A stretch of DNA of 64,000 bases from positions 32,001-96,000 of the IMG/VR virus record IMGVR_UViG_3300032324_000909. One strand, 5' to 3'. Position 1 is the stretch's first letter. Every line of letters starts with the position of its first letter. Source of the DNA: a virus (taxonomy: Duplodnaviria > Caudoviricetes). The position numbers and the translations under genes are program-made. The notes under the pieces are model-generated. The model was not told the DNA's origin. It searched no databases and was given only the letters and a program-made list of their open reading frames with translations. This document shows, piece by piece, positions 58,453-64,000 of this stretch.

Positions 58453-59074
58453 TCTTTTACGCTTTCAGAAAAAACAGAAATATTTAATTTTCGACACTGA
58501 AACCGAAAGTTTAAACTTGGCAAATTCAAGGCCTTGGCAATTAAGCTGGTCAATTGCAGAAGGTAATAAAATTATAAAAAATGAAGATAGATTTATTTAT
58601 TGGGATGATTTAAAGATGTCTGATGGTGCCGCCAAAATAACACGCTTTGATAGGGCGGCTTGGGCAAAAAAGTCAGAAGATCCTAAAAAGGTTGTTACTG
58701 ATTTTGATAAATATCTTTATAATAAAGACTATATAATTATTGGCGCAAACCTACTTGGTTTCGATGTTTATCAACACAATAACTTAAGAAAGGCGGCGGG
58801 ATTAGAGACTGATTATTCTTATGTAGATAGAATTCTTGATGTACAATCAATGCAAAAGGGTATATACTTAGGGCTTAAATCAATACCCGAAGACCGTAGT
58901 GGTTGGAATTTTCAAATGCAAAACTTTAGACAAAGAGGATTAAAGACATCTGTCAAACATCTTTGTAGCGTATATGAAATACCATACGATGAAAATCGTG
59001 CGCATGATGCTATTTATGATAATGAATTAGTATTTTCTATTTTCAAAAAACAAATTTTTTCAATCGAAGTATGA
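58442..59074 (+). CDS. DEDDh 3'-5' exonuclease (DnaQ-like)
   Basis: FDTETE, N..GFD, AHDAIYD. Confidence 0.85.
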   Translation: MQDNLLRFQKKQKYLIFDTETESLNLANSRPWQLSWSIAEGNKIIKNEDRFIYWDDLKMSDGAAKITRFDRAAWAKKSEDPKKVVTDFDKYLYNKDYIIIGANLLGFDVYQHNNLRKAAGLETDYSYVDRILDVQSMQKGIYLGLKSIPEDRSGWNFQMQNFRQRGLKTSVKHLCSVYEIPYDENRAHDAIYDNELVFSIFKKQIFSIEV

Positions 59075-61608
59075 ACAATAAATTTCTTAAAGAATTCAGT
59101 CAAATAAAAATAGATAACATCAACTTGGTTCGCTTGCCAAGCATTGATCTTACGGATAGTGAGAAAAACATTATTGCGAAACCTGTAAATAATAATGATG
59201 AATTTTTACAACAGTTAATTAACCAAGGCTGGATCTCTTTTAGAGATAAGGTAAATAAAGATTTATGGCCTAAATATATCGAGAGACTTCAAGAAGAATT
59301 CGTAATTGTTCAGGATCTAGGATTTGTGGATTATTTTCTGTTAGTTTGGAGGGTAATTAACAAAGCACGACAAATGGGCGCATTCATTGATTGGGGTCGT
59401 GGTAGTGCGGCTGGTAGTTTAATATTCTTTTTGATTGGGGTAACAGGGGTTGACCCAATAGATAAAAAACTATTTTTTACACGATTTATTTCGAGAGTAA
59501 GAGCAAAGAAGGAAATTATTGATGGTGTGACATATATACAGGGAGATCTTGCTCCAGACGTTGATATTAACTTGGGTGGCGTTAGGGAAGAGATAATTGA
59601 ATGGCTAAAATCTTGCTATCCGAACAAGGTTGCTAAAATTGCAGCACTTTCAACTTTTTCTGGTAAAATTCTAGTAAAAGATGTTTTTAAAATAATAAAT
59701 GAAGCTACAGAAGAAATGGCTTCTGACCTATCCGACACCATTGGCAAAACCTTTGGAGTAGTTGAGGATATTGAGGACTCTTACAAGAATAGCGAAAAGT
59801 TTAAAGAATGGGCGGACTCGTACCCCGAGTCTTATAGAGTGGCCCTTAAGTTAAGAGATCTAATTCGTGGTAAATCAACACATGCTAGTGGATATTTCAT
59901 ATCTTATTCATCATTAAACGAATTTATTCCAGTAGAATTAAATAAAGAAGGTGAGATAAGTATTTCTTACGAAATGAACACTGCCGCAAAATTTGGCATT
60001 AAGCTTGATCTTCTTGGTCTAACAAGTAATGAAATTATTAAAGATATTTTCGAAAATATTCCAGAATCAATTGAAGATATCGAGCTTGATACAAATATTG
60101 ATGTTTATAAACATTTACAAAGCGATAATTTAAAACCCTACGGCCTTTATCAAATCAGTGCTGATTGCGCGTATAGAGTATGTCAAAAAATCAAACCAGC
60201 AAATATTCAGGAACTTAGCGATGTAAACGCTATAGCTCGACCTGGCGCGCTAGCATATGAAGATAAATATGTCTGTATGTCAGGTGAGCCGCCACACGAG
60301 AAATTGAGGGAGGTTTTTGCGGAAAGTAGAAATCTTCCGCTTTATCAAGAACAACTTATTCAAAGTCTGGTGGCCGTTGGGTTTTCAGCAGATGAGGGGG
60401 AAATCATTAGACGAGTTATTGGCAAAAAGAAGCGTGATGAGATGCCCAAATGGAAGGATAGAGTATTTGAAACTTGTGAAAAGAATGGATTCGGTGAGCA
60501 AGTAGCAGAGGCTATTTGGAAGGTTTGTAGCGATTCGGCGGACTATTCATTCAATAAGTCACATTCAATGGCAACAGCTTACCTTGGCGCGCTTACCGTC
60601 TATCTTAAGTATAAATATCCATTACAATTCTTTACAGCATGTCTAAATGCTAGCCAGCGTCTTCCAGACCCAATGGAGGAAATTAGAAAAATGCAGCAAG
60701 AACTTCCCCATTTTGGAATTAAGTTGCTACCCCCACACTTATTAAAGTCTGACATGAAATTTAAAATAGATGGAAATAATATTCGTTATGGACTAAGCGC
60801 AATTAAGGGGGTTTCAGATAGCGCGATGGAAAAATTAATCAAATTCCGTGGCGAATATGATAGCAAGATCGACTGTTTTGTTGCCGCAAAACAGGCAGGT
60901 TTAAATATTGGAGTGCTTTCCTCTTTGATACAGGCTGGTTCTTTAGATGATTTAGAAACGAAAAGAACTAGGCTAGTTCTTGAGGCACAAACCTATAATT
61001 TACTAACTGATAGAGAGAAGCGTTTAGTTAAAGATGTACATGACGACACGGATAATAAGGATATCTTGCTAATCATTAAGCTATTGAATGACAAAGCTCA
61101 GATTAAGGATAGTCGTTTTGAAACTATAAAAAGTAAATATAATACCTATAAGGATATCTATATGCTAAATAGTAGAAACGAAGACGTAACAAATTATTTC
61201 TACGAAAGAAATTGCCTTGGTTTTAGCTATAGCCAAAACCTAACAAGACTATTTAAAAAGAAAAATAATGAATTCAATACCATAGAGTATATTAAACAAA
61301 ATAGAAAGGAAAATGACAAAGTTTTAGCGGTTGGGCAAGTGCTTGAGTGCAAGCAGTCCAAATCCAAGAATGGTAATAAATTCTATAAAGCGGTAGTCGC
61401 AGATGACACGGGAACAATTACTTGTTTATTATTTGATGGAAAGCAGGGGTTATTAGATGAATGTAAGTATGATAATGGAGGTAGTTTTCCAGAGGAAGGC
61501 GATATAGTAGCTATTAAGGGTAGATTAAAGGGCAGTGATGCAATCTTTGCTGACAAGATCATCAAGCAAGACTGCAAGATATACAAGAATATGCGTGATT
61601 TAAAATAA
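59071..61608 (+). CDS. dnaE: DNA polymerase III alpha catalytic subunit
   Basis: GRGSAAGSL, PDVD, HASG, KLDLLGL, YQEQ, YSFNKSH, IRYGLSAIKGV, C-terminal OB fold. Confidence 0.92.
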   Translation: MNNKFLKEFSQIKIDNINLVRLPSIDLTDSEKNIIAKPVNNNDEFLQQLINQGWISFRDKVNKDLWPKYIERLQEEFVIVQDLGFVDYFLLVWRVINKARQMGAFIDWGRGSAAGSLIFFLIGVTGVDPIDKKLFFTRFISRVRAKKEIIDGVTYIQGDLAPDVDINLGGVREEIIEWLKSCYPNKVAKIAALSTFSGKILVKDVFKIINEATEEMASDLSDTIGKTFGVVEDIEDSYKNSEKFKEWADSYPESYRVALKLRDLIRGKSTHASGYFISYSSLNEFIPVELNKEGEISISYEMNTAAKFGIKLDLLGLTSNEIIKDIFENIPESIEDIELDTNIDVYKHLQSDNLKPYGLYQISADCAYRVCQKIKPANIQELSDVNAIARPGALAYEDKYVCMSGEPPHEKLREVFAESRNLPLYQEQLIQSLVAVGFSADEGEIIRRVIGKKKRDEMPKWKDRVFETCEKNGFGEQVAEAIWKVCSDSADYSFNKSHSMATAYLGALTVYLKYKYPLQFFTACLNASQRLPDPMEEIRKMQQELPHFGIKLLPPHLLKSDMKFKIDGNNIRYGLSAIKGVSDSAMEKLIKFRGEYDSKIDCFVAAKQAGLNIGVLSSLIQAGSLDDLETKRTRLVLEAQTYNLLTDREKRLVKDVHDDTDNKDILLIIKLLNDKAQIKDSRFETIKSKYNTYKDIYMLNSRNEDVTNYFYERNCLGFSYSQNLTRLFKKKNNEFNTIEYIKQNRKENDKVLAVGQVLECKQSKSKNGNKFYKAVVADDTGTITCLLFDGKQGLLDECKYDNGGSFPEEGDIVAIKGRLKGSDAIFADKIIKQDCKIYKNMRDLK

Positions 61609-61631
61609 ATATTGATTTTTATTAATTAAAA

Positions 61632-61637
61632 GTGTAA
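61632..61637 (+). promoter_or_regulatory. GTGTAA late promoter
   Basis: Intergenic, 19 nt before ATG 61657. Confidence 0.55.
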
Positions 61638-61656
61638 TAATATATACCATAATTCT

Positions 61657-62958
61657 ATGCCACTTCCTAGCCCCAAAAAACAAGAAAAGCGTTCTGAGTT
61701 CGTATCACGTTGTATTGGCGACGACCAAACAGCTAAAGACTTTCCAGACCAAAAGCAAAGAATTGCTATCTGCTATACGCAGTGGGACAGTGCAAAAAAA
61801 GAAGCAACCGCAGTAGTAGGCAGTGGTGATAATGAAGTTTTATTTTCCGCCCAAAAAACTTATGGGGGCAAAAAGCGTAGTGAATTAAAAAATAGTGATT
61901 TCCTATATCCAAACGAAAGAAGTTTCCCCATCGTAACACCAGCTGATGTTAAGGATGCTGTTAGTAGTTTTGGAAGTAGTAAGGGGAAGGATTACAATGA
62001 TTTTAAGCGTAGACTAGTAAAAAAGGTAAGATCAAGAGGTGCTGACTTTGTAAAAGCACTTCCCCAGTCAATTAAGGATGAGTATAAAATCAAAGCCTCT
62101 GAAGATACCATTGAAGACTATCAAGCTGAATTTCTCGGTATGTCGCTATCTTCATTGAAATCAATTAAAGCTAGGATTGACTCTATTTTCATGGCATTGG
62201 AAGCTGACGAGAACGCCAAATATAACTTAACAGAGCCTTGGCTACAGGGGAAAATAGCCATTATTGATGACAATCTTAAGGATGTTGCTGATTACATACT
62301 ATTTACAGACGAATCCGACGAAGATGAAACTGAATCGGAAACAGAAAACGAGGACACCATGTACACCATGGACACCATGGAGACAGAAGATATAGAGGAA
62401 ACAGAAAATGAATCCGGCGAAGAAACCGAGAACGAAACTGAAGAATATATGACCGCAGAAGATCTTACGGTTGATAATCTTTATATTCCAGAAGAGAGCG
62501 AATATGTAAGTAATGAAGAAATTGCCCTTAATGAGGCGGATACGTTTCAATACGACATCGCAAAAGAAAGACCCGGTCTTTGGGAGAATATAAGACGCAA
62601 GAAAAAAAGAGAGGGGAAAAATTATAAACCAGCCAAGGTTGGAGATAAAGACCGTCCCTCGCCAGAGGCTTGGGAAAAAGCTCAAGGCGCTGAATACCAA
62701 GGCAGTAAAGTTACATTAAATAGGCCATTCAGAACTCCAAATGGCCCCAAAAAATTTGCGGTGTATACTAAAAATGAAAGTGGTAATGTTGTTATTGTAA
62801 GATTCGGTGACCCAAATATGGAAATTAAGCGCGACATACCACAGCGCAGAGAAAACTTTAGATCAAGACATAATTGTGACAATCCGGGTCCAAAATGGAA
62901 AGCAAGATACTGGTCATGCCAGTGGTCTTGGTCGCCTAGTAAGAAGGTTGGCGCTTAA
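61657..62958 (+). CDS. Multi-module putative internal head protein
   Basis: Late motif upstream; short basic modules separated by an acidic linker. Confidence 0.5.
   Translation: MPLPSPKKQEKRSEFVSRCIGDDQTAKDFPDQKQRIAICYTQWDSAKKEATAVVGSGDNEVLFSAQKTYGGKKRSELKNSDFLYPNERSFPIVTPADVKDAVSSFGSSKGKDYNDFKRRLVKKVRSRGADFVKALPQSIKDEYKIKASEDTIEDYQAEFLGMSLSSLKSIKARIDSIFMALEADENAKYNLTEPWLQGKIAIIDDNLKDVADYILFTDESDEDETESETENEDTMYTMDTMETEDIEETENESGEETENETEEYMTAEDLTVDNLYIPEESEYVSNEEIALNEADTFQYDIAKERPGLWENIRRKKKREGKNYKPAKVGDKDRPSPEAWEKAQGAEYQGSKVTLNRPFRTPNGPKKFAVYTKNESGNVVIVRFGDPNMEIKRDIPQRRENFRSRHNCDNPGPKWKARYWSCQWSWSPSKKVGA
62353..62379 (+). repeat. 9-bp tandem repeat x3 within acidic linker
   Basis: GACACCATG TACACCATG GACACCATG. 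Confidence 0.85.
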
Positions 62959-62963
62959 TTTAA

Positions 62964-62992
62964 TTGACATTAAATAAATATTAACTTATAAT
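62964..62992 (+). promoter_or_regulatory. Consensus sigma70 promoter, leaderless arrangement
   Basis: TTGACA-N17-TATAAT-N6-ATG. Confidence 0.85.
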
Positions 62993-62998
62993 GCAATA

Positions 62999-63295
62999 AT
63001 GAACGCATTATGGACAATTGAAGGTTGTGACTGGCAAGAACAGTTAACGGCACCTAAGGATTCTAACCCTATGGAATTAGCCACGCTAGTTATAGAAACT
63101 TTAATAAAAAAAAGCAATAGCGCCCTAGACATTCCGTCACCACCTAATTTGGGTATGGTAATTATGGTTTCAAATGACAAAATGTCCTCTGTAGACGAGA
63201 CATATGTTTGCTATACCCCATCAGTTTTGGCAAATGCTGGTTATTATACCGAAGCAGACAATCTACAAAAAAAGATTGACGGAATGTTAAAATGA
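62999..63295 (+). CDS. Hypothetical protein
   Basis: 98-aa ORF right after consensus promoter. Confidence 0.7.
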   Translation: MNALWTIEGCDWQEQLTAPKDSNPMELATLVIETLIKKSNSALDIPSPPNLGMVIMVSNDKMSSVDETYVCYTPSVLANAGYYTEADNLQKKIDGMLK

Positions 63296-63304
63296 TACTA
63301 TCTT
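63276..63304 (+). promoter_or_regulatory. Sigma70-type promoter, leaderless arrangement
   Basis: TTGACG-N17-TATCTT-N6-ATG. Confidence 0.65.
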
Positions 63305-63310
63305 CATTAC

Positions 63311-63562
63311 ATGAAGACAATATTATTAGCAATCCTATTAGGAACGAGTTCAGCTTTTTGTTCTGATATCAAACCTCCAGAGTATAGGCAAGTAACAATA
63401 ATTGGACTTGGCTCAACATCATTTAATGCATGTAATGATGCAAATACCAGAATGTACAATAGTAAAAAAAGATTTACAGATCAGTGCAGGGTGGACCTAA
63501 GACCATTGCCCAATGGTGGATATATTTCTATAATAACCAGAACTGAAAAAATCATACATTAA
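63311..63562 (+). CDS. Small secreted protein
   Basis: Signal-peptide-like MKTILLAILLGTSSAFC. Confidence 0.55.
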   Translation: MKTILLAILLGTSSAFCSDIKPPEYRQVTIIGLGSTSFNACNDANTRMYNSKKRFTDQCRVDLRPLPNGGYISIITRTEKIIH

Positions 63563-63563
63563 A

Positions 63564-64000
63564 ATGTCAAAAGCATTAGATTTCCAAGAATATCAAAAAA
63601 TTTTAAATTCTTTGGTAAATTATCATGCAATATTTTACCAATTCTGGAGATTAATAAAGCCATGTTTTTCAGAAGAAATCGACACAGCGTGTGTTAGCTT
63701 TAATAACGATGGCAAATGTGTGGAATTTTTAATTAACGAAGATTTCTGGAAATCTATTTCAGAAAGAAAAAAGCAATTTGTTATTTGTCATGAGTGTATG
63801 CATGTAATTAACTCTCACGGCAAACGCGGGAAGAAAAAACTAGCGCAAAATATTGAACAAGCTAATTGCGCGATGGATATAGTAGTAAATGAGTCACTTG
63901 TAAAGTATTTTGGCTTTAATAAAATAGAAATAGATCCGAAAAATGAATATGTTTGGTTTAATTCTATATTTAAAAATAAACCAGAAATTTTAAGGGAAAA
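63564..64000 (+). CDS. Metallopeptidase-like protein (DUF2201-like), truncated by window end
   Basis: Manual translation: IDTACV...FVICHECMHVINSH...ANCAMDIVVN. Confidence 0.75.
   Translation, partial: MSKALDFQEYQKILNSLVNYHAIFYQFWRLIKPCFSEEIDTACVSFNNDGKCVEFLINEDFWKSISERKKQFVICHECMHVINSHGKRGKKKLAQNIEQANCAMDIVVNESLVKYFGFNKIEIDPKNEYVWFNSIFKNKPEILRE

Noticed and set aside
57706-61608. Split intein or intron in dnaE (also checked terminase, nrdA, dnaB)
   Set aside because: No intein terminal motifs or homing endonuclease; proteins are normal or short in length
449-63180. Many short opposite-strand ORFs in the ORF track (e.g. 6890..7315, 7380..7802, 18208..18558, 62299..62700)
   Set aside because: Lie fully inside well-supported genes and look like antisense shadows
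1-64000. CRISPR array, tRNA or rRNA genes
   Set aside because: Intergenic gaps are short; no repeat-spacer array or cloverleaf seen. The Cas4-like gene is a stand-alone phage nuclease.
1-64000. Stop-codon reassignment
   Set aside because: Standard-code ORFs tile the window, and TAA, TAG and TGA all end genes at sensible boundaries

Overview
The whole window is a densely coding, AT-rich segment of a large tailed dsDNA phage. No tail sheath is seen, so it is probably long-tailed and siphovirus-like. 1-33 kb (+) is the late/virion module: terminase, portal, an embedded lysis cassette, protease-scaffold, decoration protein, major capsid, neck, tail tube, chaperones, a 1929-aa tape measure, tail-tip proteins and a Cys-rich terminal cassette. 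32.8-37.9 kb (-) is a short operon with a recombinase and glycosyltransferases. 38-64 kb (+) holds a sigma factor, SSB, ribonucleotide reductase, RecA, a sugar-nucleotide/glycosyltransferase cluster, helicase, primase, a three-piece DNA polymerase III and accessory genes. Most notable: (1) about seven glycosyltransferase domains plus Gmd, a ColD-like enzyme and an FkbM methyltransferase, together with extreme [S/T]-G dipeptide enrichment in specific virion proteins, suggesting a phage-encoded virion O-glycosylation system with an S/T-G sequon; (2) a tape measure with four GYIPNFA repeats bracketing a PD-(D/E)xK-like cargo domain; (3) two promoter classes (sigma70-type and a GTGTAA late motif), both often positioned for leaderless mRNAs; (4) three tandem G-A-mismatch hairpins at the divergent junction; (5) near-total CCWGG avoidance. 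All calls come from motif recognition and manual counts. No database searches were run.
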